A DNA stretch of 63,962 nucleotides, counting the filler, from Phoronis australis (taxonomy: Eukaryota; Animalia; Phoronida), in the NCBI GenBank assembly GCA_002633005.1. It is 11 parts of 11 records of this genome, joined end to end, with 100 filler letters (N's around TTAATTAATTAA, not from the genome) between each part and the next. Parts side by side here need not be neighbours in the genome. Positions count along the whole stretch, not along the records: positions 9,663 to 27,643 come from NMRA01000794.1; positions 27,744 to 30,965 come from NMRA01003144.1; positions 31,066 to 33,763 come from NMRA01003484.1; positions 33,864 to 36,547 come from NMRA01002044.1; positions 36,648 to 54,830 come from NMRA01001472.1; 6 more parts are not named here. One strand, written 5' to 3'. The notes below the pieces were generated by a model that ran no database searches, had not been told where the DNA came from, and was given only the letters and a program-made list of their open reading frames with translations. A program made the translations under genes and the position numbers. Positions 25,579 through 38,560 of this stretch are shown piece by piece; the stretch's first letter is position 1; the number at the start of each line of letters is the position of its first letter.

Positions 25579-25653
25579 CGACGAAACCGATAGCGGGAGC
25601 TCCGAGTACGTGAGAACGACGGTCAGTTCTGTCTTCGAACAGGTTATGACCAA
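25579..25653 (+). other. Candidate exon of unidentified gene
   Basis: 75 nt between TTCAG and a consensus GTAAGT donor, open in one frame only (DETDSGSSEYVRTTVSSVFEQVMT). It could instead be the end of a 5' exon downstream of TATAAAA at about 25477. Confidence 0.3.
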
Positions 25654-27908
25654 GTAAGTTGACTCAGATTGCCATCAGGCATGGGCAAAAAGTCATCTAA
25701 ACAATTATTTAAAAGAAAAAAAAATAAAATAATACGCGACACACGATTATATCGATTTACAAAGCAAAAGTATACATGCGTTGTTTATTCCAGGTTTAGG
25801 AATTTGTGTATAAACACATTTCGAGAATCTTGCAGGTTGCCTGATCCTACCCTGCAAATATACAAGGCACTTACATTGTACACTGTGCCCTGCCAGTTCA
25901 CTGATCGGTCTTGCCCGGGCATAAAATTCCTCTGTCGCGGACGTTCTTTTAGTCTCCTCCCCCGCCCCCTAGCTTTAACGACATGCGGACATATTTCTCG
26001 TAGACGGGTCAACCCTGTACCTGCGCATTATTTCCTGATCAGGAAACGTATTCTAGACACTCGCTCAACATTCTTTTTCGTCGTACAGCGATGTATGAAA
26101 ATCATCTTCGCAGAAATTAACTGTGGAAGCCTTTGCATATAAAAACAATCCTTCCTTGGATCATTCGTTTTAAACAGAAACGTTTCTAGTAAGTTTATGT
26201 ATAACAATTGAAACCAAAAGAAATTATGAGCTTATAATTGAAATTACGGTTGTGGATGGATACAGTGAAAATGTCAATTAACTTGAACTGCGCTCAATAA
26301 TACGTTAGTTGTCCTCTTAGGCTGCGCCTGCGTGAACACGGAGATTGATTTAAAAAGTAACGATACTTTTTGCAATGGAATTTGTTTGGGGGACATTCAC
26401 CGTGCTAAATGAGGACTATTTTTATTTGATTTTTTGTGTTTGTTAAATGCACGTAATTTATTTAACAGAAACTGCTACAAAAACGGACAAGCAACTCGAT
26501 CTACAAGTTTCCTGAGGGCGGGGAAGTGGCACCTTAAGTCAGCACGCAAGAAATTATGTGCAGGAGCACGGTTGATTCATTCAGGAGAAAAAACGTAGAC
26601 GCAGGTCCACTAGACGCAAAAAGTGGTCAAGCAGACGCTATATGCATCCGCGAGAGGGAAAAGGCGTGCGCGTGAGCAGATAAGTCCAGATGAAGATATA
26701 AATACACTTCGGACTTGAATACTATACTTTAATGCATTTATATGGACATAGGTTGACCTAGATCTGTGAACAACAGGGACCCAATCAGTAGTTAACACTC
26801 GTGTTTTCTTGCTTGTCATGATTATAAGTGGTTATAGGAAGGACCACATATCCGCCCACGGTGAATCACAGAAAATAGCCAACGAAAACAGTGCTTCAAC
26901 GAAGCCCGACGACATCAGACTCGGCCCTGGCTATCGAAGCAGTATTTAAAACAATACCAACGAGCTCTGCAAAATGGGTAAAATATCTATGTGTTTTCCG
27001 ACTCGGCGGCATTTTCTATGGTCCATGTAGTCTGCGATCTGTTAGATTTGCAAGTTCTGCGATTTCATTGCTTTACGAAAAAACTGACAGGAGAAAACTA
27101 ACCCGCGTTATAACCAGTGGCATGTTTGTCAATGAACTCACAACAGGCATTGATTTTTTCAGTTGAAGCAGTTTTTCACATCATCGCATGATTGTCGATA
27201 ATCAAGGGTCAGGGGTCGCAACAGAGGTTGTCCCAAAAGATATTAGGGCTACGGAAAAAAAAACAATTCATATGACAGCTCGAAGATATGTTCCATCGGA
27301 GCATGTTTACGCGATAGTGTAGTAAGCATTATGATTTACAATAAAGGTTAAATGTCAGGACCATCGAAACAGAACCAAATTTCACTAATGACGAAATTAT
27401 GCCCAGTGAAGCCAGTGTTTAGTTGAGCATACACAAATTAATGACCTAAGAATTTTAAATCCAAATACATACAATTGATAGCTTCTCATTCTTTACCATC
27501 GTAATACGGGGGATTTTACTTTCGCGTGTCACTGGCAAATGATCCTTCACGGACCCGTTTGGTAAACGACATTTAAGGCAAGCACATGCGGGTCATACGC
27601 TAATCTCCATTGCAAAGAGGCGTTTTGCTTTAATTTTCTCGTANNNNNNNNNNNNNNNNNNNNNNNNNNNNNNNNNNNNNNNNNNNNTTAATTAATTAAN
27701 NNNNNNNNNNNNNNNNNNNNNNNNNNNNNNNNNNNNNNNNNNNGGGTTGTGGCGACAGGGTAGCTCTATAATTCTGGTTACCGGTAGATGTCACTGAATA
27801 ATTTGTGACGACCGATGACGTTAAAATTGTGACGACTAGGAAGGAAGCTCAAAGAGCAGGATTTAAGACTTCTTTTACTCAGGGTGCTAAAAATCAAATC
27901 GAATACAG

Positions 27909-27909
<1 letters not shown>

Positions 27910-27985
<76 letters not shown>

Positions 27986-28275
27986 ATGTTTATAGTAGCA
28001 GTAGGAGCAACAGTCACCAATAATAGCACTAGCACTAGCAGTAATTACAGTATTAACAGGATTAGCAGTATCAGTAACAGTAGCAGTATTAGTAGCAGCA
28101 ACAACGGCAGTAACAATAGAAACAGCACTAACTAGCAGCAGCAACAGCATCAGCAGCAGCAGTGGTAGTACTAACAGTAGCAGCAGCAGTGGTACTACCA
28201 GCAGCAGCAGCAGCAGCAGCACAAGCAGAAGCAACGGTAGCAGTGGTAGTATCATTACTAACAGTAGTGGTAGTA
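27910..28275. repeat. (CTG)~25 microsatellite followed by degenerate (AGC/AGT)n tract
   Basis: Pure GCT run at 27910-27985, then an interrupted AGC/AGT/AAC triplet tract of opposite polarity. Confidence 0.97.
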
Positions 28276-28416
28276 CATGGGCTGCGCACCATAGGGGCCT
28301 GGGGGAAGGGACTATAGCCCCCATTTATGTCAGTGTTGGGCTTCCCTTCATGTGTGGCGTATTATAAGGGGCTGGGGGGCTATAGCCCCACATATTTCAG
28401 TGCTGCGCTTCCCATG
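28276..28416. mobile_element. MITE with CATGGG..GCGCA termini (related copies at 52209-52330 and 13767-13820)
   Basis: CATGGGCTGCGCAC...GCTGCGCTTCCCATG termini with internal GGGGGCT...CTATAGCCCC motifs shared by the three loci. Confidence 0.75.
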
Positions 28417-29686
28417 CAGTTGCAGTAGTAGCTAGCAACAATACTAATTTTTGCTGAACATCCAGAATTTTTTAAACTGTGGAAAATCGAATGACCTTTA
28501 TTTTTCTGGGAATCAAGTCAAATTCCTTGGGGATCTTACACCAATTTTACTGGGAGTTTGAATTCATCCATCAACCTTATGGTGATTGTTTGGGCTTTTG
28601 CTAAAATTTATTCTGCAGTCGTCACTAGAAACCATCAAAACGTAACTCGACGGTATGTGAACCATTTAAAAATCAGAGACTTAGGTAACTGAAATAGGTA
28701 GAGTTTCGTAGACGCAAGAATCTCATGCAATCACGCGCTTCGCTTGTAATTTAGACTCGCTAGGGACACGCAGGGAACCGGCGAGGCAATATAGATGGCC
28801 ATGTCTTGTGAAGTCTAGCGTGATTTTCGCTTCTACGGCACGCACATCTGGGATTACCGCCGTTACCTGGATTCAGCTCTTCCAATGTAAGTTTATTCGT
28901 AACTGTAAATAGGGTTTTCAATACAACTGTAATCGTATAAAGTTATTATGTACATGAAAATAAAGGGCGGACCATAACTTGGCCATTTTTCTCAATTGTT
29001 TTGAATTTTCTCAGTTTTTCCCATATGTTAAAATTTCCTCCTCGGTTTTCCTAATAAAAGCGGAGTATGTTCTTGAACTATGAATTTTGTATTGAACCAA
29101 CATTGATTGATATTAATATTAAATTTTGCACCTTGTACATAAACACTACATTCACAATTTGTACTGTTATTTCTGGCAGTCAGTGTGACCCTGCTTATTG
29201 CAAGTCTTTAAACTGCGCAACCACCAGTTTCCATGGCATTTTTGCCACAATTCACCGTTATGCGGGTTTTATGATGAATAACAAAGCTAGCGTTCGCAGT
29301 GGCAAGGTGGGGTAGCCAATAGTCTGGAAATTGCAAAGCTGACGATTGCTTATTTTCAAGATGGCCTCGGAATATTATTTCGTAAAAATTGTACCTTCTC
29401 CGTCCGAGACATCTCCTGCTAAGTCGTTTGAGGAAGCGTTCGAGAATCGAATATCGAAAAGTGATCCAAACACGCGGCTTATTCATTGTTTTAAGGTTTG
29501 TAGATTGTCTTACGTTTTGACAGATCCTGAGTAGACACGCCCATTATCACGGCTAAAGGTCGTGTTAGCTTTTCCGTGCTGTTAGGATAACATAATTATC
29601 AATATTGTATAGACATTTATTTGTAAGAAAAATTAAAATGTTAATCGTTTGTGTCAGAGCCCAATGAGGTAGAGTGGATGTTGTAA

Positions 29687-29973
29687 CATGGGCCCACCCA
29701 GGGAGGGGAGGCTCGGGGGGCTCGAATGAGCCCCCACGCAATTTGACGAATCGGGCAAAAAGGTCCGCTTCAGTGAAACAAAGAGTCCGAGTAAACGAGA
29801 CAAAAGTCCACAAAGTCCACAGAAATTCGGCGCAGATGGACAATTCGTAGGTTTGAAGCTAGTGAGCTAGTGGCCCCGTTTTTATCGTCCTCCTTGTTGA
29901 TTTTTTTCAGCAAAAGGTCCTCATACCGAAAAATTCGAGCCTCCCCCCTATATTTTAGGCTGGGTGCGCGCAT
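29687..29973. mobile_element. MITE (partial related copy at 14230-14350)
   Basis: Imperfect TIRs ATGGGCCCACCCAG / CTGGGTGCGCGCAT. The internal ATTTGACGAA..GGGCAAAAGGTCCGC.TCAG.GAAACAAA...AGACAAAAGTCCAC is shared with 14230-14350. Confidence 0.7.
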
Positions 29974-30105
29974 TATAGTGACTATCATAGATAAATACCG
30001 TGCCGAGTTGACAAATGAATGGAAGGCAAATGCGTGAGTATTTGAAATTCAGGTGACATCAAACCGTTTCCGAGGAGGTGAGGAAGCGGGAAGGAGCTTG
30101 AGAGA

Positions 30106-30154
30106 GACAGTGTCGCATTTATTAACAGTCACTGTTAATAAATGCGACACTGTC
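30106..30154. repeat. Perfect 49-bp palindrome (24-bp arms, 1-nt spacer)
   Basis: GACAGTGTCGCATTTATTAACAGT-C-ACTGTTAATAAATGCGACACTGTC. Confidence 0.97.
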
Positions 30155-32089
30155 AATTTTAGTGCTCTTCACGTTCACACTGATAAGAATATTTAGGCGG
30201 CAATGAACAAGATTCGTCTCCAAGAGTTCTTGAACACCATATTCTCGGAGCGCTTTAACCATCTTCATTCACTCCCCCTCAACCAACGAACTGTATGTCC
30301 CAGGGGATCAGTGCTTAACTAGCTAGCATACACGGAACGTGCCACTCAGATGGTGACTTTTTCGGCGCGGCTAGACTCCCTACCAAAGGGTGGTTGTCCC
30401 GATCAAACTCCCTACGAATTTAGGGTTCAGGTCTTGGGCTGAACCTTGGGAATCGTTTTTGCAATGGAAGTGTCTACAGAGAGGTTTCATGTTTCAGGGA
30501 AGTTTCTATGTTCAAAAGAATCAATCCAGTGATTTTTATTGAAGTCTAATTAAATAAACAAACATTTTGTTTTTACACAGGATTATATTGTACCAAATAT
30601 GTGACTTTTCCTGGAAGCTCCCAACATATGTTTTTCTAAAAAGGTGAGGCTTCTTCTTGACAACTCTCAAAAGGGGAGGGGGTATTCTAATTTCCCAGGG
30701 GCACATCCCGTCAAAAGTATAGTTTAATACCACCGGGTTCGGGAGTATGCCGCAGAACTGAGTACGTGAAAAAGTCAAGTCACGATTTAGGAGTTCTGTA
30801 TCGTGATTCAATTCAAAGCATTTGTACACATGAACGACCCTTCGTTTTGTCAAACAATTCCGAATATTCTGCTACTTTTCTCCTCCTGGTTTTGAAGTCA
30901 TGTGTAATGAAATTGGCCATGTCCTCAATAATTTCGTTTTTCTTATTAGCACGCGACATGCGTCANNNNNNNNNNNNNNNNNNNNNNNNNNNNNNNNNNN
31001 NNNNNNNNNTTAATTAATTAANNNNNNNNNNNNNNNNNNNNNNNNNNNNNNNNNNNNNNNNNNNNACATATTTCTGTACAAAACTAAAAGTCAAGGAAAT
31101 TTCTCTTCATTAATAGCATGGTTCGTACTGGTGCACGGCTTTCTCGAAAACATTACTAAAAGTTGAGCATTTGAAAACTGGAAAGTGACAGTTTGCCAGT
31201 TTTATTTGGTTGAACTTGACTTATGTTTACCGTTTCTTTGTGTCCTATAAATAAGTATTTCACAAAAATTTACATTTATAACGTTTTAATGACAAAGTCA
31301 TGTTAAATGCAAACTACACAATCACCAAAACTATCACTGATCTCTGATTCAGGATTGCCAATCTCAAAATTGCGAATTAATGAAGTTTTTAACGATTTTT
31401 AAATCGTTAACAACTTCGTGAATCATCTCAACTAAAAAGTTGAGATTATTCTCACCTGGCTTGCCTTATGATATTGAGGTAACAAAATAGGTCATCTCAG
31501 GTCGTTGCCTCAGCACACTCTCATTGGCTAATGTCACACTAGTCAATGAACAGCAGGATCCAATACAGAGCATGATACTATGGGTGTTCCTGTGCTCCAT
31601 TCAAACATGAGACGAGGTGAGAAGGACACCTTTTAGAGTAGAAAACAACATACCTGTTCTGATGTCAGTGTACTCATTTCGTTAATATCTCACAAAGTCG
31701 TTTCACCATTAGGTAGGCCTACGCTTTCTGTGGTCCAGCTGAAAACAGCAACATGGGAATCCCTTGTTGGGGAAACCCTCCTAGTACGTCAGAGTACAGA
31801 GCGGAAAGATCGAGACCAAGGTGTGTGTTCAGACTTGGTTTGCTGACTTGGATTTCTATAGCTTCGTGAATGCGTCTTTTCCACTCAAGACACCATTTTA
31901 CAAATCAAACACTGCAACTCACTGTTTACGTTTTCACATTCCTAGAATCATCAATGCAAAATACACTCTTCAATTCTAGATAATATATTAACACCCAAGA
32001 CCGTGAATGACCACATACAAATTGCACCAATACACAAACACTAGGCCCTACTTATTTTTTAACACACACATTCACGCACCCGCACCTGT

Positions 32090-32615
32090 GAAACGCGCCT
32101 AGCGTCACGTTGTGACGAGTCATTTGGACTCATCCGCGTCAGAATTCACTTGAAAAGTAATTCCAAGTATGTCAAGTAACACCCCATTGCTGTTTGACCA
32201 ATAAGACGTTGTGGTCGCATCGGCATCTGACCAACCAGTCACCTGGTCTCGCACATCACACTGACTAATAACGTACAAGTTAACATGAATTATATACATG
32301 CATATCATTTGAAACAATCATAACCTGCCTGCGACTTGTCATGTCGGACAGTTTTCGGAAGTGACACGACACGAAAGAATTGAGCAAATTTTTGAATGAA
32401 ATTCCCACACTTCCAAGTCGTGAAAGTCAGCTGCACAGTGTAAATAATTAGGCAATGATTGGTTGGTTCAACACACTGCATAATGCAAATAATGGAGGCG
32501 ATGATCGGTTTGTTCAACCTTTACACTGATTGGTTCTTTTCACGCGTGAGCGTGTCAGAAATAGCTCGTCACGTGTTAGAAATGACTTGTCACAAGGTGA
32601 CGCTAGGCGCGTTCC
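32090..32615. mobile_element. ~530-bp non-autonomous DNA transposon with ~36-bp TIRs
   Basis: GAAACGCGCCTAGCGTCACGTTGTGACGAGTCATTT (32090-32125) is the reverse complement of 32580-32615 with 3 mismatches. No credible ORF inside. Confidence 0.8.
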
Positions 32616-33511
32616 ATATCTCTCGTTGCTAGCGAGATATCTGCTTATCGCGATACCGTCCTTATCTCCAGTTCTGCAAATCAGTTCCCATCGTTATTTT
32701 CCGGTGCTGTGATCGAAGGCGGGAAGTATTTCTATCACTGTTACGATTCCAGAGACTAAGAAGAAAAATTAGACCTAGAACAAACTAATTAATACATCGA
32801 AGCTAAAACGACACGCGGAGGGACAAAAGTTTTTACGAACGTTAAACATTTTTTTGATTCCCGAATGGATTGTTTCTAAATTTCCAACGAACTTTTGATA
32901 TTGATCAACTCATTTCTTAACCTGTATACTTCACAAACTGAAAATTCTCATCAGCTTATGAAATAAAACTTTATTTCTTATTCAACATAGAAAACCTTGT
33001 CGATTAACCGGCGTGGGTACTCTTAGGATGTATATGACGTCATAAAACAACAAGACAACGCAGATTTCAACAACATATCGCTGCTATGCGCATATACGGG
33101 ATGAATAGATTATCTCACATTCATATGAATGCAACTGCGATATCCGATCTCGAATTCATGTCGTAAGGTATTGCCTCAACACGACATTCGGTCTTGGGAT
33201 ATTCTCAGATGAAATAAATTCCCTACAGGACATGGCAGTAGTATTGTTATGTATTGGGGATAACCTACATGTATCGGATTTACGCAACTTTGTTGCGTTA
33301 GTGGAAGGAATATTGATGAATTCCCTTAATGCATAGTATTTCTGAAAAATGAATTATCTCAGATTAAAACAATGTCGATAGATGAGTAATAGTAGCGATA
33401 AATGAATCAGCTCGATGCTTAATTCTATTGATTAGTTCAGTACGCAGTATTATTGATACACGATTAAGTTTACTTCGAAGTACGATGGATAGAGGGATGA
33501 GTTCAACGCGT

Positions 33512-33763
33512 AGTACTATTGGTACAGGTATTACCTCAGTGTGGTACTATTGATACAGGTATTACCTCAGTGTGGTACTATTGATACAGGTATTACCTCA
33601 GTGTGGTACTATTGATACAGGTATTACCTCAGTGTGGTATTATTGATACAGGTATTATCTCAGTGTGGTACTATTGATACAGGTATTACCTCAGTGTGGT
33701 ACTATTGATACAGGTATTACCTCAGTGTGGTACTATTGATACAGGTATTACCTCAGTGTGGTA
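33512..33763. repeat. 31-bp minisatellite x ~8, running into contig end
   Basis: Unit GTGGTACTATTGATACAGGTATTACCTCAGT. Confidence 0.97.
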
Positions 33764-34609
33764 NNNNNNNNNNNNNNNNNNNNNNNNNNNNNNNNNNNNN
33801 NNNNNNNTTAATTAATTAANNNNNNNNNNNNNNNNNNNNNNNNNNNNNNNNNNNNNNNNNNNNGCCTTTCCATTTTGCAAAGTATGCCCTCTACTGGCCA
33901 CTTTATGGTACCAATAAACAACCCTAGAAGGATACCGTATGCGGTGCAATTGTGGGCGCATTTCAACGCTCTGCGTTGCTCTTGTTAATACTGACATTGA
34001 TTTGATCTAACATGGATTTGTGTGTCTAACTGAAATCAATCTTCCGTATGCTTCTGAAAACATTTTTCATGTCTCCACAAGTTATAATTCATTTAGGTGT
34101 TACTCTCTGTAGTGCGTGTAAATGTTATAAAAAATTGCACCCTTGTTATCTTCGCCATTTGTGGTGTTCACCGTGAATGCGATTATCGCTGCTGTGCATT
34201 GTATGCGGTGCACACCGTGGGCGCACGTATCATTGATTTTAATGAGCCTGTATTAATTATGGACGCTGTTGCTCATTTTATTTGCAAATCGGTACCCACA
34301 ATTCTCTGTAACTAGTTTGATGTTTTAGGTCTTCAGCTCCGATAACTGTCATGTGTATCTTTATGAGGTAACGTCACTCTAGCAGCATACAAAACATAAA
34401 TGTAACTGAACATTACTGAAGTAGCACGTAGACATAGATAAGATTTCTAGAGGAGGTACTATGCATGAAATGCACAAACTCCTATTTATTTTGCCTGTCT
34501 TGTCCTTAGAGGGGCTGTATTATATTATGGGCTGCGTCCTTTATCTCACTTAATGTGTATCTTGGCAACGGTTGTCACACTTTCGTGGGTCTTGGTTGAA
34601 ATGTGTTAT

Positions 34610-34935
34610 ACCGCCGGGCACCACTGGCCTTTGTTATATATTATTGGGTACCGTTGGGTACTTCTTTATTTCTTCTGTATAACTGGGTGTCAAAGTGTAC
34701 TGCTGGGTACTGTTGGGTTTTAGTGTATAGTATTGGCTACCATCGGCTACTTCTTTGCTCCTTCTGTTTTTACTGGGTGTTAAGGTCTGCTTTTCTTTAC
34801 CACTGGGTACCATTGGCTACTGGTACTTACTGGATACCATTGGGTAATTCTTTGTACCTTCTGTATTACTGGATGTTACTACTCCATATCCTTGCGTACC
34901 ATTGGGTGTTGCAATTGACTGTATTGTAAACTACT
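34610..34935. repeat. Degenerate low-complexity tandem repeat
   Basis: Many short ACTGGGTAC / CCATTGGGT motifs at irregular short spacing. Confidence 0.7.
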
Positions 34936-35239
34936 ACTGAGTATTAGTGTGCACTCATTAGTAAAATTCTCCAGGTACCCATTTTACCTTTTTTTGAAGA
35001 CATGGGTGCTAATATACCCCCACAGACCCACAACAACTGCTTTAGACATAGGCTCCAACAATAGCTGACTGTCAGAGTGAATCATTATATAGACTCAGTG
35101 AGATGTTATCTAATCTTAAACACAGCTCGGTAAATAATCGGGACTAATTTACTAGTGGTCCTACAAAAGGCTAATATGCGTCTGGAAGTCTCCAGATCAT
35201 TTTGTTATGTGCCCACATATTTTTATGTGGGTGTATATT

Positions 35240-36480
35240 GTCGTCATCGCTGTATCTCCTAAACCCCTCACAGGATCTTGAAAAAATTTGACAAATGTGT
35301 CTCTATGAAGCTGACAACGAATTTTAGATCTCTCTGACTACCGATGTACCCCCTAGTGGCAATTTTAGTTTTTTAAGTTTACCTCTGTATCTTCGGAGGT
35401 CCTCAACGGATTTTCATAAAATTTGGCAGTTAGGCATCTATTAGTGAGATGACGCTATCCTCCCGTTTTTGGATGGATTTGAGGTACTTTGCGCCACCTA
35501 GTGGCCATTTTTACTGTTTTCCGAGTCTGTTGGCATCTGCCCCTGTATCAACCAAACCGCTCTAGGCATGATTGTGAAAATTGGCATATAATTAATTTGT
35601 TCTTATTGTGGGGGGTGGCTGATGGTGATTTTCCGACGACTTCGACAGCTATGGCGCCTGCTAGTGGCAGTTTTGTTTTTTTTTTGCACCCATGGCTGTA
35701 TCTCCTAAATGCTCTTCAGGATCTTTATTAAATTTGCTAGTGTAACTTTAGTTTGTATCTTCAAAGGATCTTTATTAAATTTAGCAAGTGTATTATATGA
35801 AGTTGCCAATGAACAACCACAATTTCGGACAGATCCAACAAACACTGTGCCCCCTAGTGGCACTTTTGATTTTTTTCCCATTTCCTCTGTGTCTCTGGAG
35901 CCAGACGGATGTTTATGAAATTTCTATTGAAATGACAACATATTCCTGTTTTTTTTGGATAGATTCGACATATTTTGTGCCATCTGGTCTTTTGTTTGGC
36001 GTCCACCCCTCTGCCAACCAAACCACTCTAATGAGGATTGTGAAAATTGGCATATATGTTCTTAGTGTGAAGAGGATAATTGACAATGATTTTCCAATGA
36101 CTTCGTGTACTGTCAGTGGCGCCTGCTGGTGACAGTTTCATTTATTTCTGTTTTCCTCAGTTTCTCAGAAGTTCCTTGAAGGCCGTTTTTGGAATTTGGT
36201 AGTTTCGATGACATATAGTTTCGAAGACATATACCAGTTTGCAGATGGATTCGACATATTTTGTGCCATCTAGTGGCCATTTTTATGATACAAAAAAACA
36301 CCCCCAGAAACACACCGTATGTGTTGCATTTGTGGTTGCATTTCAACTCTAAGCATTGTTCTTGTTAACGGCTACATGTGCAAGGTAGAGGGTTTTAGTG
36401 GAAAGTAATATTTGGTTTTCTAATTGTCAGAGATGTGTGACTGACTGTAATTTGAGGAAATTTCCTCACCTAGTGGGTAT
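35240..36480 (-). repeat. Satellite-like repeat, ~130-200-bp monomers with CTCF-like motif and ~466-bp higher-order similarity
   Basis: Motifs at 35348, 35491, 35654, 35848, 35978, 36118, 36264 and 36467. Block 35530-35700 resembles 35996-36150. Confidence 0.75.
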
Positions 36481-37017
36481 TTGTTGGTACTTTTGTGTAC
36501 TTTGTGTATTACTTGGTATCGTTATGTCCTGGCTGTATTGCTGGGCANNNNNNNNNNNNNNNNNNNNNNNNNNNNNNNNNNNNNNNNNNNNTTAATTAAT
36601 TAANNNNNNNNNNNNNNNNNNNNNNNNNNNNNNNNNNNNNNNNNNNNATTGTAACGCCTTGTGACGTCATTGGGTTTTTACAATGATGAATCGAAACCTG
36701 GAAAAACAGCCACGTCACTAAACTTGGCACAGACTCAAAGGTACCTTGATACAAGATGGCAGCAAATAAGGAATTTGGCAGGAGTTATTACCTTTGGGGT
36801 GAAGAATTGAAAAAGGTGGGAATCATTTCATTATCTCATCTGTGTATACCTTCGTAACTGTTTGTACATTTGACCTTGAATACCTACATTACAACCGGCC
36901 GTTTTTAACCTGTTAGTCTATAAATGTATTTCCGTTACCAATAAGAGTATCGAAACAAGTAGCGACTGAAGAAATCGCTTCAGGTTATCGTATGGTTGAC
37001 CAGGACACAGTACATTA

Positions 37018-38560
37018 CTTTTCACTTTTTACCTGGGGTATCATAACTTAGTCTTAACACCCTGCTTTAGTGCATACATGTGATGCCGCTTTTTGTTACT
37101 CAACTCGAAACATTACACGAAGGTTGCTAAGTCAGTTTTTATAGGTATGTTGACGTTGCGGACTGTGTGGTCCCTTGTGTCTTCTACTCGAATCAAACGT
37201 TTAATAAGGTTGCATTGGTGAGTCGAGATGATCTGCAGGAGAATACATGTACATCCGTGCATCAAACTAGGTGGCACGAGTCTTCTACTTAAAATCATTT
37301 TGGAAACTATTATCGATTGTACATTTCAAAATTAATGCACAAAGGTTTTGATGTGGCTGCAGTACTGACTGTAGAGGTGAGAAACGTAATTGGCAGAATA
37401 TTTTCTGCTCAGATATATTCTACACTGAAGTATCCGTGTTTTCTTACACGAATAATGTTAGGGCTAAAAAGCAAACGTATGCAAATATTAACGTCAAGTA
37501 GCATATGTTTATATACATTGTAATGCACGAATATATGTGTTATCATCATGTGTACGCTATTAAGAAGTTCGAAGGCCAAATTTTTGAAATACTGAGCTAA
37601 GGTAAAATATTATATAGCTTTAAAGCGTCATTATTTACTTGAATGGTGTTGCAAAAGACAAGTATATCGATGCATCGTAGTTTCAGATTGCTCATTAATT
37701 CACGTTCTGGTATAAATGAGCGTCCCAGGCTATGAATGTCCAAAGGTGTTGATACCATCTGCCTGGTATAAATGAGCGTCACAAGTTAAGAATATTCAAA
37801 GGTGTTGATACCCTGCCTTCGTCTACGTGAAGCAGTCATAGTAGGAATTCAACCAAGTTCGCTAAATCTAATTCGCATTTTAATCAGATGCTGTATTCTC
37901 ACTAATTAAATATTCATTATAAGGGACAGTGGGGTGGGACGCACACGCCGCACGTGGGATCAGTACACCACCGTTATCCTGTTTAACGTTGCGTATGGTA
38001 GGTTATCCTATAGCCGGTGTGACGTACATGTAGCCGCAGTAGTGTAGCAGAGAGACGAGAAGGCGGTGCAGCGCCCCGGGCATCCACTATGAATAAACTT
38101 TTCGGAATTTTTACTGATTGTATTTAAATTGACTTTAGTTTATATTTCAAGTTTAAATTTTGGTTAGTAGTACTAGAGTCCATGCATTTGACTAGAGAAA
38201 AGGACATTCATTAAAAAATCCCAGAACATCACCGAACGTCTGGACGCTACTGTGTAGACAGCAGATATCCTTTTCATTTTTCACCTAGCGTACAGTAGTC
38301 TTGGCACGTTTTTAGCGCATAAAAACGTAGACGAAGTCGGTAATATAACAATAGGAGCTTAGTACAGGCTAATGAATACAGGTGTATGCTGCCTCGTCAG
38401 ACTGCTTGAAAAAGTTGAAAAGGTTAACAGACCCAGTTCACTGAAAACTACTATATCTATGTTGACATTGTGGTTCCTTTGTGTTTTCTGCTCCACAAAA
38501 CATGTACATGTACATTGGCGAGTTGTGATAATTTGTATCAAAATACATCCGTGCGTCAAA
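37018..38560. repeat. Two diverged copies of a ~270-bp sequence (about 37018-37270 and 38270-38560)
   Basis: Shared TTTTCA.TTTT.ACCT..., GTTGAC.TTG..., TGGT.CCTT..., CATTGG.GAGT and TACATCCGTGC.TCAAA blocks in the same order. Confidence 0.7.

Noticed and set aside
27778-28324. Poly-Q, poly-A, poly-L and poly-S ORFs
   Set aside because: They are translations of a CTG microsatellite, with no splice or homology support.
33512-33763. 31-bp direct repeats as a CRISPR array
   Set aside because: Units are contiguous with no unique spacers, there are no cas genes and the context is eukaryotic. The same applies to the arrays at 165-354, 825-1038 and 1190-1370.
34603-34929. 108-aa hydrophobic Tyr/Trp-rich ORF
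   Set aside because: Explained by a degenerate short tandem repeat.
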